Part shown: positions 36,145-46,818 of the stretch, in pieces
Layout: every line of letters begins with the position of its first letter
Position numbering within the stretch: position 1 is the stretch's first letter
NCBI GenBank assembly: GCA_964349045.1
Contig: CAYGFI010000001.1
Coordinates: 17,213-81,212, forward strand
Origin: an uncultured Chitinophaga sp.
GTDB taxonomy: Bacteria; Bacteroidota; Bacteroidia; Bacteroidales; GCA-2748055
DNA: 64,000 nt
Direction of reading: 5' to 3'
Position numbers and translations under genes: made by a program
Notes under the pieces: model-generated
Database searches by the model: none
What the model saw: the letters and a program-made list of their open reading frames with translations, nothing else
What the model was told of the DNA's origin: nothing

Positions 36145-38592
36145 TTATTCATACTTCAGGGAATCATTAGGATTCCGAAGAGAGGATTTCCAGGAAATGT
36201 AAAAAGTAACTAAAACCGCAATAAATGCAGTTAATGCCAGTGCAGCAGCAAACATCCACAGGGAGGCGTTTATCCGGTAGGCAAAATTCTGTAGCCATTT
36301 ATTCGCGAGAAACCAGGAAAGTGGTAAGCCAAAAATTGCGGCTGCCCCAACCATTTGTAAAATCTCATTGTTAAACAGTATCAGGATATCATTCCTGCTT
36401 GCTCCAAAAGTTTTTCGCACACCGATTTCTTTTATTCTTTTTGCAGCAGAATAACGGGCAAAACCGAACAGTCCCAGGCATGAAATGAGAATAGCCATAA
36501 ATGATCCAAGGGAAAGTGATTTTCCAAAATTCTGTTCAGCCGCATACTGTTCACGGTAATTATCTTCCAGGTACTTGTACAAAAACCGTTCGCCCGGATA
36601 GGTCTCTGTCCAGGCTTTCTCTATCATGGGTATTGCCCCCTGGATATTTTCCGGCGCTATCTTGAATGAATAATAACCTACAGCATATCTCCATTTCAGA
36701 CTCTTAAAGATAATTACAGGTGTAAGTTCCTGTTTAAGCGACAGGTGATGAAAATCTCTGACTACTCCGAATATTGTATAATTCTTATTGTCAACTTTTA
36801 TAATTTCACCTATGGCGTCATCCGGATTCATAAATCCGATTTTTCTTGCAGCAAGCTGGTTCAAAATAACTTCATCACCCGGGTATTGATAGCTATCGGT
36901 GAAGTTACGGCCGGCAATAAGATTCAACTTGTAGGTATTAAGATATTCCTGGTCCACATTCAGGATCTGGAAATAGGTTTGCTTATCCGGTTCATCCCCT
37001 GCACGGGCTACATTCTCAGAATGCATAAGGAAATCCTTTCCCGGTACTGAAGAAGATGTACAAAAACCCTGTATTCCTGCTATTTCAGCCATCCTGCCGC
37101 GGAATACCCGCAGTTTCTCTTGTATGTCCGGCCGCTGGTTCATTGTCATCGGGCTATAGGAAAAGATTATTGATTCAGGTACAAATCCGGGGTCTTTCTT
37201 TTGAATATACCTGAGCTGGTAAAAAATTACAATCGTTCCTGCTATAAGAAAAATAGAAATCGCAAACTGGACAGTAATCAGTAATTTGCGGCTAATTATA
37301 CCCCCTGACCCTCTGATAATCCTTTTTTTAAGCATATCCTGCAAGCTTGTTGACCGGAGGTGCCATAGAGGAATGATCAGTGTTAAAAGTGCGCTCATTA
37401 CCATAATTGCGGAAACCAGAATAACTGAGGAAATTCCCGGTATAGAACCGGGAACCAGTCCTTTCAGCGCGTAATAGCCGATAATAAAAGAGAAAACACC
37501 AGCCGCCAGGCTGATCAGAAATTCCTTTAAAAATCCGAATCTCAGCAGGTCGGAGACCTGTGCTCCATGGATCAGCCTGAGCGCAGAATTAAATGACTGG
37601 TCGTAAAAATCCATTACCGAGAGGTTGATAAAGTTTACAATACTTATGATCATAACAATGATTGCGACAAGTATCAGGGTATAAACTTTAAACATGCTTC
37701 CGTTGACTTTCAGTTCTTCCGACAGGCTTGAATGAAGGTGGATATCGGTAATTGGTTGAATAACCAGGTCAATTTTTGCTGAACTGAGACCTGAGGGTAG
37801 ATTTTCAGGCTTGATCATGGATTCAGTCTTTAATTTCAACCCATTGATGTCTGTGCCTTCCTTTACCAGAATGTAGCTGTAACCGTAAAATTTTCCCCAT
37901 GATCTTTTATCATACGGACCCGGTTCAAAATATTCGAAAGGTTTGTCTTCATCCAGTTTACTGGTCAGGTTATTAAAATTGGCCAGATAGTAACGAAGTG
38001 AAGGTATTGTCATGAGCAGGTCGAAATCCATGTGACTATTACCAGGGATATCTTCGAAAACAGCACTTACATAAAATTCCCATCCTTCATTTAACTTCAG
38101 GGATCTCCCGATAGGGTTCTTATCACCAAAGATTTTTTTTGACAGAGATTCTGAAATCAGTACAGATCTTAAATCAGGAAACAGGGAGGATGATTCCCGG
38201 GCAATAATTTTTCTTTTTAGAATATCGAAAACACAGGTATCCGTATAAAACATTTTTACATCCTGTATCTGTGCATCCGGAGTAAATACGGTTATCATGT
38301 CACGGTGAAGACGAACCCTTCCCTCCACTTCAGGCAATTCTTCAAGCATCAGATCTGTAACACCCCGGTAATTAGGCGCCATGCTAAACTGCAATTGCCC
38401 GTTCTGATACTGTTCGAGTGATACACGATATATCCTGTCCTTATTTTCCCAGAATTGGTCGTAGCTGAGTTCCTTGCTTACCCAGACAATAATAACAATT
38501 GATATAACAAATCCAATTAAAAGGCTAAGTAACCTGACAGTAGATAAGAAGGCGGCTCTGCGCAACTGACGAAAGATAATCTGAAGGTTCAT
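36145..38592 (-). CDS. FtsX/MacB-type ABC transporter permease (double FtsX domain, ~815 aa), tandem copy 1
   Basis: The N-terminal TM helix after LRRAAFLSTVRLLSLLIGFVIS is followed by a large extracytoplasmic domain. There are two 4-TM FtsX-like blocks, and the C-terminal block contains KEIGVRKTFGASRNDILILF. Colinear with 38729-41173. Confidence 0.85.
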   Translation of the reverse strand: MNLQIIFRQLRRAAFLSTVRLLSLLIGFVISIVIIVWVSKELSYDQFWENKDRIYRVSLEQYQNGQLQFSMAPNYRGVTDLMLEELPEVEGRVRLHRDMITVFTPDAQIQDVKMFYTDTCVFDILKRKIIARESSSLFPDLRSVLISESLSKKIFGDKNPIGRSLKLNEGWEFYVSAVFEDIPGNSHMDFDLLMTIPSLRYYLANFNNLTSKLDEDKPFEYFEPGPYDKRSWGKFYGYSYILVKEGTDINGLKLKTESMIKPENLPSGLSSAKIDLVIQPITDIHLHSSLSEELKVNGSMFKVYTLILVAIIVMIISIVNFINLSVMDFYDQSFNSALRLIHGAQVSDLLRFGFLKEFLISLAAGVFSFIIGYYALKGLVPGSIPGISSVILVSAIMVMSALLTLIIPLWHLRSTSLQDMLKKRIIRGSGGIISRKLLITVQFAISIFLIAGTIVIFYQLRYIQKKDPGFVPESIIFSYSPMTMNQRPDIQEKLRVFRGRMAEIAGIQGFCTSSSVPGKDFLMHSENVARAGDEPDKQTYFQILNVDQEYLNTYKLNLIAGRNFTDSYQYPGDEVILNQLAARKIGFMNPDDAIGEIIKVDNKNYTIFGVVRDFHHLSLKQELTPVIIFKSLKWRYAVGYYSFKIAPENIQGAIPMIEKAWTETYPGERFLYKYLEDNYREQYAAEQNFGKSLSLGSFMAILISCLGLFGFARYSAAKRIKEIGVRKTFGASRNDILILFNNEILQMVGAAAIFGLPLSWFLANKWLQNFAYRINASLWMFAAALALTAFIAVLVTFYISWKSSLRNPNDSLKYE

Positions 38593-38728
38593 TTGTCTTT
38601 GATTTTTGGTTTCAATTTATTATACCCTGAAATGTGTTTTTCAAACCTGTTAATCCAATTCAGGTGAAATAAATCTATAAAGAACTGATAACTCATCCAT
38701 AATCCTATTTTCACAATATTGATAAAAA

Positions 38729-41173
38729 CTATTCATACTTAAGGGCTTCATAAGGTTGTAACATAGAAGATTTCCAGGAAATGTAGAATGTTGCTGAAAC
38801 AGCGATCAGCGCGGTCATACATAATGCAGTAACAAACATCCAAAGGCTGGCATCAATCCGGTATGCGAAATTCTGAAGCCATTTATTCATGAGCATCCAG
38901 GATAAAGGAAGGCCGAATAATGCCGCCATGGCAACCATTTGCAGGATCTCTTTATTAAATAATATCAGAATATCATTGCTGCTTGCACCGAAAGTTTTTC
39001 GCACCCCGATCTCCTTAACCCTTTTTGCAGCTGAATATCTTGCATAACCAAACAAGCCCAGGCAGGAAATCAGGATAGCCATAAATGATCCAAGCGTAAT
39101 TGATCTTCCGAAATTCTGCTCAGCCCTGTACTGCTCCTGGTAATTGTCTTCAAGAAACCTGTAAATGAACCTCTCGCCAGGGAATATTTCTTCCCAGGCT
39201 TTCCCGATCAGAGGTATGGTTTCCTGTAAAGCTCCGGGTGAAATCCTGAATGAGTAGTAACCGATATTAAACCGCCATTTCAGACTCTTAAAAATTATGA
39301 CCGGGGTAAGTTCCTTCTTGAGGGAAAGATGGTGAAAGTCTTTTACAACCCCTTGTACAACATAATTTACTTCATCAACCTTTATTACTTCGCCTGTCGC
39401 TTCATCCGGACTTTTAAAACCGATCTTTTTTGCTGCAAGCTCGTTAAGTATAATTTCTTCTCCCGGGTATTTATCTGTATCCGTAAAGTTTTGGCCGGAT
39501 ACCAGGTACAGCCCATACGTTTCCAGGTAATCAGAATCAACATTCAGGACCTGAAAATAGGTTTGATTATCAGGTTCATCACTGACGCGGGCAACATTAT
39601 CGGACTGAAATAGAAAATCCTTCCCCGGAACCGATGACGACGAGCAAAATCCTTGCACGCCTGCAATAGTAGCCATCCTGTCGCGGAAAACCAAGAGTTT
39701 TCCCTGGTCGTATGCTTTTTGACGCGCAGTCATTGGACTATAGGAGAATATTACCGATTCCGGAACAAATCCCGGATCTTTTTTCTGAATGTACCTGAGC
39801 TGGTAAAAAATAACAATGCTTCCGGAGATCAGGAAAATGGAAATGGCAAACTGCACAGTGACCAACATTTTCCTGGAGATTATCCCCCCTGAACCTGAAA
39901 TGATCCTTTTTTTCAGCATATCCTGAAGGGTACGGGTTCTTAGGTGCCAGAGAGGAATGATCAAGGTCAGTAAAGCGCTTATTATTGTCAGTGCAGATAT
40001 CATTAGAACTGAAGCAAACCCCGGAGAGGATCCGGGAACAAACACTTTTAATGCATAATAACCTATTATGAAAGAGGAAATACCTGCTAAGAAACTAATA
40101 AAGAATTCCTTGAAAAACCCGGTTATAATAAGGTCGGAAACCTTTGCACCATGTATTCTCCTTATGGCAGAATTGAAATACTGGTCATAAAAATCCATTA
40201 CCGACAGGTTGATAAAATTAACCATACTGATTATCAGGACAATCAGGGCAACAAGCAGCATTATATAAACCTGGACAATGCTACCATTGATTTTCCATTC
40301 TTCTGTAAGGTTGGAATTCAGGTGGATACCGGTAATGGGCTGAAAAATAAGATCTATTCTTGATGAGCTGAACCAGGAAGGAAGATTTTCAGGTCTGATC
40401 AATGATTCTGCTTTCTTTTCCAGCTCTTTTATGTCTGTACCCTCCCGGACCAGGATGTAACTGTATCCGTACCACTTTCCCCATGAACCTTTGTCATACG
40501 GACCCGGCGGAATATATTCGAAAGGTTTGCTTCTGTCCAGTTTATTACGTGTGCCGTTATAATTAGCCTGGTAGTAACGAAGGGTCGGTATTGTTAAAAG
40601 CAGGTCAAAACTGAGGTGACTGTTTTCAGGGATATCCTCAAAAATAGCGCTGACATATAATTCCCAGGAATTTACTTTCAGGGATCTTCCGATCGGGTTC
40701 TTATCTCCAAAGATTTTCCTGGCAAGGGATTCGGAGATCAGAACGGATGTCAGATCCGGAAAAAGTACTGAGGATTCCCGTGCAATGATTTTTCTTTTAA
40801 GAACATCGAAAATGGAGGTATCGGTATAAAACATCTTCACATCCTGTACCTGGGCGTCGGGTGTAAACACAGTTATCATATCACGGTGAAACCTTACCCT
40901 TGCCTCAACTTCAGGCAGCTCTTCAAGCATTACATCGGTAACTCCCCGGTAAGTGGGCGCCATGCTTAACTGCAATTCCCCGTTCCTGTATTGGTCAAAT
41001 GCCACGCGGTATAATCTGTCTTTGTTCTCCCAGAACCGGTCGTAGTTCAGTTCTTTCGAAATCCAGGATATAATAACGATGGAGATCACAAAACCAATGA
41101 AAAGGCTTAGGAACCTGACAGTTGATAAAAATGCGGATCTTCCTAACTGTCTGAAGAAAAGCTTAATGTTCAT
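38729..41173 (-). CDS. FtsX/MacB-type ABC transporter permease, tandem copy 2
   Basis: 814 aa with the same architecture and many identical stretches to 36145-38592 (for example MLKKRII.GSGGIISRK, YIQKKDPGFVPES.IFSYSPMT, KEIGVRKTFGAS.NDILILFN). Confidence 0.85.
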   Translation of the reverse strand: MNIKLFFRQLGRSAFLSTVRFLSLFIGFVISIVIISWISKELNYDRFWENKDRLYRVAFDQYRNGELQLSMAPTYRGVTDVMLEELPEVEARVRFHRDMITVFTPDAQVQDVKMFYTDTSIFDVLKRKIIARESSVLFPDLTSVLISESLARKIFGDKNPIGRSLKVNSWELYVSAIFEDIPENSHLSFDLLLTIPTLRYYQANYNGTRNKLDRSKPFEYIPPGPYDKGSWGKWYGYSYILVREGTDIKELEKKAESLIRPENLPSWFSSSRIDLIFQPITGIHLNSNLTEEWKINGSIVQVYIMLLVALIVLIISMVNFINLSVMDFYDQYFNSAIRRIHGAKVSDLIITGFFKEFFISFLAGISSFIIGYYALKVFVPGSSPGFASVLMISALTIISALLTLIIPLWHLRTRTLQDMLKKRIISGSGGIISRKMLVTVQFAISIFLISGSIVIFYQLRYIQKKDPGFVPESVIFSYSPMTARQKAYDQGKLLVFRDRMATIAGVQGFCSSSSVPGKDFLFQSDNVARVSDEPDNQTYFQVLNVDSDYLETYGLYLVSGQNFTDTDKYPGEEIILNELAAKKIGFKSPDEATGEVIKVDEVNYVVQGVVKDFHHLSLKKELTPVIIFKSLKWRFNIGYYSFRISPGALQETIPLIGKAWEEIFPGERFIYRFLEDNYQEQYRAEQNFGRSITLGSFMAILISCLGLFGYARYSAAKRVKEIGVRKTFGASSNDILILFNKEILQMVAMAALFGLPLSWMLMNKWLQNFAYRIDASLWMFVTALCMTALIAVSATFYISWKSSMLQPYEALKYE

Positions 41174-41212
41174 TTATTCATAGCCATATAATTAAAAGAA
41201 GGATTAAAATGT

Positions 41213-41240
41213 AAAATGTACTTAAACTTAAGGATAATAA
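41213..41240 (-). promoter_or_regulatory. Conserved upstream motif (candidate promoter/operator), 40 nt upstream of the FtsX permease pair
   Basis: The plus-strand aaaatgtacttaAACTtaaggataa shares 12+9 identical nt around a 4-nt spacer with 49247-49274. In gene orientation it contains TACATTTT, close to the Bacteroidota -7 box TAnnTTTG. Confidence 0.3.
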
Positions 41241-41366
41241 ATTATAGAAAATGAGGTGAGATGATATCAAAAATAGCGACGCGGGATCCTTTTCGTTTTG
41301 TTGTTTTCATGTTTCTCTAAGTCAGAGGATTCTATCAATATTTTCCATTGAAAAATCCAGATCCCA

Positions 41367-43355
41367 TTATTGCCCGACAAAAAACTTTACTCCCAATGCT
41401 GGCATAAGAGCTAAGGATTCGACTTCGGATCCGTAACCTGACAACCTAAGCTTGCAGTCCTTTTCACTTCCATCTGCCATTATTTCCTTCCACTTCATTT
41501 TTTCAAGTTTTCCTGATAATAAAAGCGTTACATCTTCATAACTTCCCGTACTATAGTTAATAAGTGTAAGCAAAACTTTTCCTCCTTCAATTTCACACAT
41601 TTCCACCGCAACCCGCGGGCTTTCCTTTATCATTACATTGACTGCTTCACCATTTACCCAGGCTGCAAGCTCGCTCATAATACCGGGCATCCATGTATGA
41701 AACCATGCGTAAAGCGGCCATCGTTCGTAAGAGAAATTTATAAAGCCGAATTGCTGACCATCCGGTCCGGTCCATTTTACCGCATATGGCACTGTTATTT
41801 CATTTTCATGATTTTTACAGGAATAGAGACGGATTTCGCCCAATGCTTTGAATACTAAAGGCCAGGCAGGATCGGGCAGGTTTCGAAGCCAATAATAGAT
41901 ATTCCAGTTCAAGTCGTCGGGTCTGCCCTCCTGGTTAAAATCGATATTAATGATGTTATTCCGGTCGGATTGGGTAAGTTCCCCCACCCCCATTTTCGCC
42001 AGGTATCCTCTCTGCTTCATTACTCTCATGGCATCTAAATCGAATATCGCTCCCTTTCTGACCAGTCCTTCTAACTGTGAATCTAAAAGACCAGAAAGTG
42101 CACTCCCAAAAAGAATATCGGCATCCCCGGCCTCGCTGACTGCTTTAAAAGGCAGCCCAAGTAATTCGAGATTACAACCAGGCATATTCCATACACCGAT
42201 TCCCCCGGGACTCGACTTTCCCCTGAGCAGATCCGTAACCTCTTTAACCTGTCCTTTCCGTTCAGATAACAACCCGATAGTTCGATGGTTCCTGAAGTTC
42301 TCCAGGTTGTATGCAGGTGATCCTATCCCCCTGCCAAATACGCTGGCAATTTGTGAGTAAGTAGCTTCCGGGGATTTCGAAAAGTTAGTATAGGGAAAAT
42401 TCTCGATTTCGGGAAAGATTTCAAAATCCTCGCCTAGTTTGCTCTGCCAGTAAGGAATAACCCAGAATACCTGTGAATAGCTGGCCACAGGGATGTCTTC
42501 ACGGTATAAGGGCATCTGCGGACGGACAAAGGGTTTATGTTTGCCTGCAAATGCTTTGGCGATCCGGGCAACATCATTCTTAATGGAAGAGGGGAACATC
42601 ATCCCGATTTTGGTTTCCGGGGATACTTTATGGACTGCTTGTTCGATGATCTTTGCCAGGTCCTCCAGGTCACGATTGACCAGTTCTCCCATGATATATT
42701 GCATTTTAGCGGCAGTTTCCGGATTATCGCTGTAAACTAATGCTACCAAAGCCTCGCGGGTAGAATCGCAACCCACAATGTGGGCAAATTCCTTCACCCT
42801 GCCTTCGTGGAAGCTGGCTGCCAAAGGAACACCGTAATCATCATCCACGAAAAGACGGTGAGGTTTAAGCGTAGCATATGCAGAATAGATCATTTCCAGG
42901 TGCTCTCTAAGTTTTTCACTCCTGGGATCCAGCACCGGGTGCAGGTTTGGTTTTCCTTCCCTGGTAAGCTGGCGTTCAAAGCCAAAATGCTGAACTACTT
43001 CCTCCGGAACACGTATATGTCCGAGAGTATGAAACGCATTAATACTCAGGATCAAACCTTCATTGCGAATACGATCGGCGCAATACCGAAAATGTTCCAT
43101 CCTCTTTTCAAACTCTTCACCATCATAAAAAGCATCCCCGCCGTATTCTCCGTTTGACAGCATTGTAAACAGAAGAATCTCGTTTATACCCATCGATTTG
43201 CATTGATTAACCATTTCATCCAGGTAAATATCGCGATTCTCCAAAGGTACCATGTATCTTAAAAGAGGTTTCGATGGTCTGGTATCTTCATTTACTTTAT
43301 CCGGCTCTTTACATGAGTTGAGTATGATAATAATTAAAAATAACAGCATTTGCAT
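41367..43355 (-). CDS. Lipoprotein of unknown function (possible TIM-barrel-like enzyme)
   Basis: ORF 41367-43490. The internal ATG at 43355 gives MQMLLFLIIIILNSC (lipobox) and removes the overlap with the upstream gene. I recognised no family motif. Function unassigned. Confidence 0.55.
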   Translation of the reverse strand: MQMLLFLIIIILNSCKEPDKVNEDTRPSKPLLRYMVPLENRDIYLDEMVNQCKSMGINEILLFTMLSNGEYGGDAFYDGEEFEKRMEHFRYCADRIRNEGLILSINAFHTLGHIRVPEEVVQHFGFERQLTREGKPNLHPVLDPRSEKLREHLEMIYSAYATLKPHRLFVDDDYGVPLAASFHEGRVKEFAHIVGCDSTREALVALVYSDNPETAAKMQYIMGELVNRDLEDLAKIIEQAVHKVSPETKIGMMFPSSIKNDVARIAKAFAGKHKPFVRPQMPLYREDIPVASYSQVFWVIPYWQSKLGEDFEIFPEIENFPYTNFSKSPEATYSQIASVFGRGIGSPAYNLENFRNHRTIGLLSERKGQVKEVTDLLRGKSSPGGIGVWNMPGCNLELLGLPFKAVSEAGDADILFGSALSGLLDSQLEGLVRKGAIFDLDAMRVMKQRGYLAKMGVGELTQSDRNNIINIDFNQEGRPDDLNWNIYYWLRNLPDPAWPLVFKALGEIRLYSCKNHENEITVPYAVKWTGPDGQQFGFINFSYERWPLYAWFHTWMPGIMSELAAWVNGEAVNVMIKESPRVAVEMCEIEGGKVLLTLINYSTGSYEDVTLLLSGKLEKMKWKEIMADGSEKDCKLRLSGYGSEVESLALMPALGVKFFVGQ

Positions 43356-43446
43356 CCCCTTAAGAGCTGATTTACTTAGAAAATTTGAATTATAAATTCT
43401 CATTGACTTAAAGTCTAAATTACTATTTGAGTTCATCATAAGGAAT

Positions 43447-45186
43447 TCACATTTTCTCCACCACAAGGACACCCCATAATTGAAGCTCACTGATATTCAA
43501 CAAAATTTTTCCATCCTTCTCTTTTACAGGAATGGGAATTTTCGTAACAAGATCTCTGTATGCCGGTGATTCTTTTACAGTAAACATGGTATCCTTAGCC
43601 CTCAGCTTTTGTGCCCTTTCTTCTGCTTTTTTATGCTGGGTTTCCGAATAAGCAGCCGGGATTAGCAGGGTGCACTTCACTTGCTTACCACCAAAGAGTA
43701 GTTTCTTATCCAGCTCCAGACCTAATGTGGCAGCATCATCGTTCCAATTCACCACATGAATAATTACGGGAGCATTTTTATCATTGGGAATTGCACGGGC
43801 AAAAGTGAATACTCCGTCAGGCAGTTTTCCAAAAAGTGATGTCCCATCCAGCTTTTGTTCTGCGATATTTCTTCCTGCTGCGCACACTTCCTCGTATTTT
43901 TCCAGATATGGAGCAATACCCCTGACAAAACCAAAAAGGTCGGCATACTGCTCCGGTGTTCCAAAATACCTGTCAGACCCGGATGGAGTCTGTTCATAAA
44001 CATCCCATGGTACGCTCATGATTCCTCCGGTTGCATAGCAGGTAGCTGTAGCCCTCCTAATAGTGATATACCTTAGGCTTTCTGGTATTATTTCATTTCC
44101 CAGTACCTTGGGTGCGCTGTACACCTGGATTTTTCCAAGGTTACGGGCAGCATAGGAACGCTCGTAAATACGTTCAGGTATAGTTGTTTTCATGATTATC
44201 TCGGAGTATCCCCAGTCAAAAGATTTGTGGGTTGGTGTCCACTGTTGAAAGGAAGTATTATTGCATGAAACAGGGTATTTTTTACCTGCATGTTTATCAA
44301 TCTCAGCCCTCAGTCTGGCAAAAAATTCAGCATCCACCAACGCATTGGATTGAATAAACCATTGCTTCAGAATTCCGCCATCCCATTTGTTAAAGTCATC
44401 ACCAACCGGTGCATTCATGGATATGAGGTAATCCCTGTAATTGAATGATGAAAGATCTTTTATTCCATTTTCTTCAAGTTTGGCATGACTGATATTTTCT
44501 TCAAGCCATTGATTAAAATGTACCATGCACCAGGGGCAAAAACAACCCCCAAGTTCATTTGCAGTGCTATTCTGTCGTGGATCATCACGCTGGAGTACCG
44601 GGATACCCAGGTCGACGTATTTTTTATATGCAGCAAGTTGTTCCTCGAAATAAGCAGGTTTGTTCATGCATCCAACTCCGGGAATGTCCTTAAACAGCCT
44701 GTGATGTTTCAGTACCAGGGATTTGCCTTCAACAGTAACTGCACATAAGCTTGTATCTTTAGCCGGAGGGTGACAATTTACAGCAGATCCAAATACTCTT
44801 CCAGACTGAAGAACCTGTTTCACTTTCGAAATTTCATTGTCATTGTTCAGATAAGTCCATTCCAGTCTGGTTACGTGAAATTGATCCATGGATGTAAATG
44901 TATTACGATGAAGTTTCGTGTCCTCTTCACCATTAGGTCTGAAACGCAGTGAGCGCATTACCACGTCGGAGTAATTTGGAATATACCCGGGTTTGTCAAA
45001 TGCTTTTGCATAATCTGCCAGGCATGTGGCATCAGGAACTGACTTTGGGAAGATCACAGTTACCGTGCGGGTACTGCTTGGCATATCATATCCGTCTGCC
45101 AGGCTGATATCATCATTTAATGTTTTAATTTGTGTATAGGAAATTCCGCATACACACAGCCCCAGGGTAAGTAAAAAATTTCTCAT
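43447..45186 (-). CDS. Secreted protein of unknown function, family X (paralog of 183-1646)
   Basis: Signal MRNFLLTLGLCVCGISYTQ. The motifs shared with 183-1646 are listed under that feature. Confidence 0.6.
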   Translation of the reverse strand: MRNFLLTLGLCVCGISYTQIKTLNDDISLADGYDMPSSTRTVTVIFPKSVPDATCLADYAKAFDKPGYIPNYSDVVMRSLRFRPNGEEDTKLHRNTFTSMDQFHVTRLEWTYLNNDNEISKVKQVLQSGRVFGSAVNCHPPAKDTSLCAVTVEGKSLVLKHHRLFKDIPGVGCMNKPAYFEEQLAAYKKYVDLGIPVLQRDDPRQNSTANELGGCFCPWCMVHFNQWLEENISHAKLEENGIKDLSSFNYRDYLISMNAPVGDDFNKWDGGILKQWFIQSNALVDAEFFARLRAEIDKHAGKKYPVSCNNTSFQQWTPTHKSFDWGYSEIIMKTTIPERIYERSYAARNLGKIQVYSAPKVLGNEIIPESLRYITIRRATATCYATGGIMSVPWDVYEQTPSGSDRYFGTPEQYADLFGFVRGIAPYLEKYEEVCAAGRNIAEQKLDGTSLFGKLPDGVFTFARAIPNDKNAPVIIHVVNWNDDAATLGLELDKKLLFGGKQVKCTLLIPAAYSETQHKKAEERAQKLRAKDTMFTVKESPAYRDLVTKIPIPVKEKDGKILLNISELQLWGVLVVEKM

Positions 45187-45355
45187 TTAAATATCTTTTA
45201 TGATGACAATAAAAACTTTATGCTCTTGATGAACAATCAATTAACCTGTATAAACAAAATGCATTTATAATTTTCCTGACAACTATGTAGTCTTGAAATC
45301 ACGAAGACTTCTTTACATTCGATGCTAATCTTACTTTAAAAAACATTTTATAATT

Positions 45356-46813
45356 CTAGCGTGAGAAAAAAGGTATTCCCACACCGGTAACAAATTCATC
45401 AGGTATTTCTTTGACCCGAATGTCCATTTTTGTATTTGAATAGAAAATAAAATGCCTGTCGCCAATGTGTAAAAGCTGAGGATAGGCTGCCGAACGTACG
45501 CGGTTGAAAACCTGAACATTTTCATTCTTATTTATATTATCTTCAACTCCATCCAGAATTATCCGTGGCGTATCGAAATAAATACCCGCGTTATTCTTTT
45601 CTGCAGGCACATTTTTTGCCAGAAGCGGAAGCTCCCTGCCAACAACGATATGTATCGGGTCCCTGTTTATCCACCTTCTCGACCAGGTGGATTCAGATCC
45701 GGAATAATCATTCCGGTTTGAAAAGAGAAAATATATCCTTCCATCGGATGTTGAGCTTACCTGGCATGGTCCACAGACGTGTTTCAGAAGATCACCGCCC
45801 GGAGAGTTTCGCAGAGGCAGGGGTTTGCTCCACGTAATGCCATAATCCTCGCTGACTGAATATACCGGGTAACCATTCATCACGCGCATGGTGCAAATTA
45901 CGCGACCGCTCGGCAAAAGAGCCATATAGGGCTCCTGGCAGAAATGCAGCTTTGCATCCTCCTCATCAGGAATCCAGAGTCCCTCGGGTCCTGAAGGAGT
46001 GATCCTGAATTTGAGTTTTTCTGGATCGGTTTCAGACAGAATATTTTCCGCCCGCAGGAAAAAAACCTCTGTTCTCCAGAACTGGGGGCCTGCTTTAGCT
46101 CCAGCTCTCTTTGCAGCGTCAGCGCCAAGATCCGGACCCATCTTGGAAAACCCCATGAGCATGGCGCCATCAGGCATAAGGATCGGAAAACCGGTGTTCC
46201 AGCCATGACTGTCCTGTCCTTCCACATCCATATCATGCCGTGGCATTGCAATCGGGTAACGTCCGCTCCAGCTGGCACAATTATCGTCGGAATAACGAAA
46301 ATAGATGCGCCCTGCATCCCGTTTGGTATTCTGGTTTTCATCATACCAGTAGAAAGTATAAAACCTGCCCGTATGAGGCACACAAAAAATCATAGCCCAG
46401 GAACCCGGCCGTTTGTCAGCAGCCCGTTCAATATCCACCGGGGTCTTCCATGTCTTTCCCCCGTCAAAACTGGTCGATGAAACAACACTCTGATCCTTGG
46501 CCGACTCTCTTGATGCCTGTGTCCAGACGGCTACCATTATGCCCTCGCTGGTAACCGCAACACACGGCTGCTGGTTGGTCTCATGGTCTCCCGGACCATG
46601 ATTGTAAATATTGATAAAGTCAGCATCAATGGAAGGATCATAAACAACTCCATTGAAAACAAAGGGTTTGATATCGGGCTTGACATAAGGAGCCCGCCAA
46701 TCTTTGGGCAACTGAATACTACCTTTTTGTGCATTCAGGCAGATGAATTGTGTCAACAGGAAAACTGATATTATTAAATGTCTCATAATTTTGGGATTAA
46801 GGAAGTTTTTCAA
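45356..46813 (-). CDS. BNR/Asp-box beta-propeller protein (sialidase-like superfamily)
   Basis: Asp-boxes are SFDGGKTWK, SDDNCASWS and SEDYGITWS, with an N-terminal signal. The start could instead be the second ATG (MRHLIISVFLL) at 46786. Confidence 0.7.
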   Translation of the reverse strand: MKNFLNPKIMRHLIISVFLLTQFICLNAQKGSIQLPKDWRAPYVKPDIKPFVFNGVVYDPSIDADFINIYNHGPGDHETNQQPCVAVTSEGIMVAVWTQASRESAKDQSVVSSTSFDGGKTWKTPVDIERAADKRPGSWAMIFCVPHTGRFYTFYWYDENQNTKRDAGRIYFRYSDDNCASWSGRYPIAMPRHDMDVEGQDSHGWNTGFPILMPDGAMLMGFSKMGPDLGADAAKRAGAKAGPQFWRTEVFFLRAENILSETDPEKLKFRITPSGPEGLWIPDEEDAKLHFCQEPYMALLPSGRVICTMRVMNGYPVYSVSEDYGITWSKPLPLRNSPGGDLLKHVCGPCQVSSTSDGRIYFLFSNRNDYSGSESTWSRRWINRDPIHIVVGRELPLLAKNVPAEKNNAGIYFDTPRIILDGVEDNINKNENVQVFNRVRSAAYPQLLHIGDRHFIFYSNTKMDIRVKEIPDEFVTGVGIPFFSR

Positions 46814-46818
46814 TTTCT

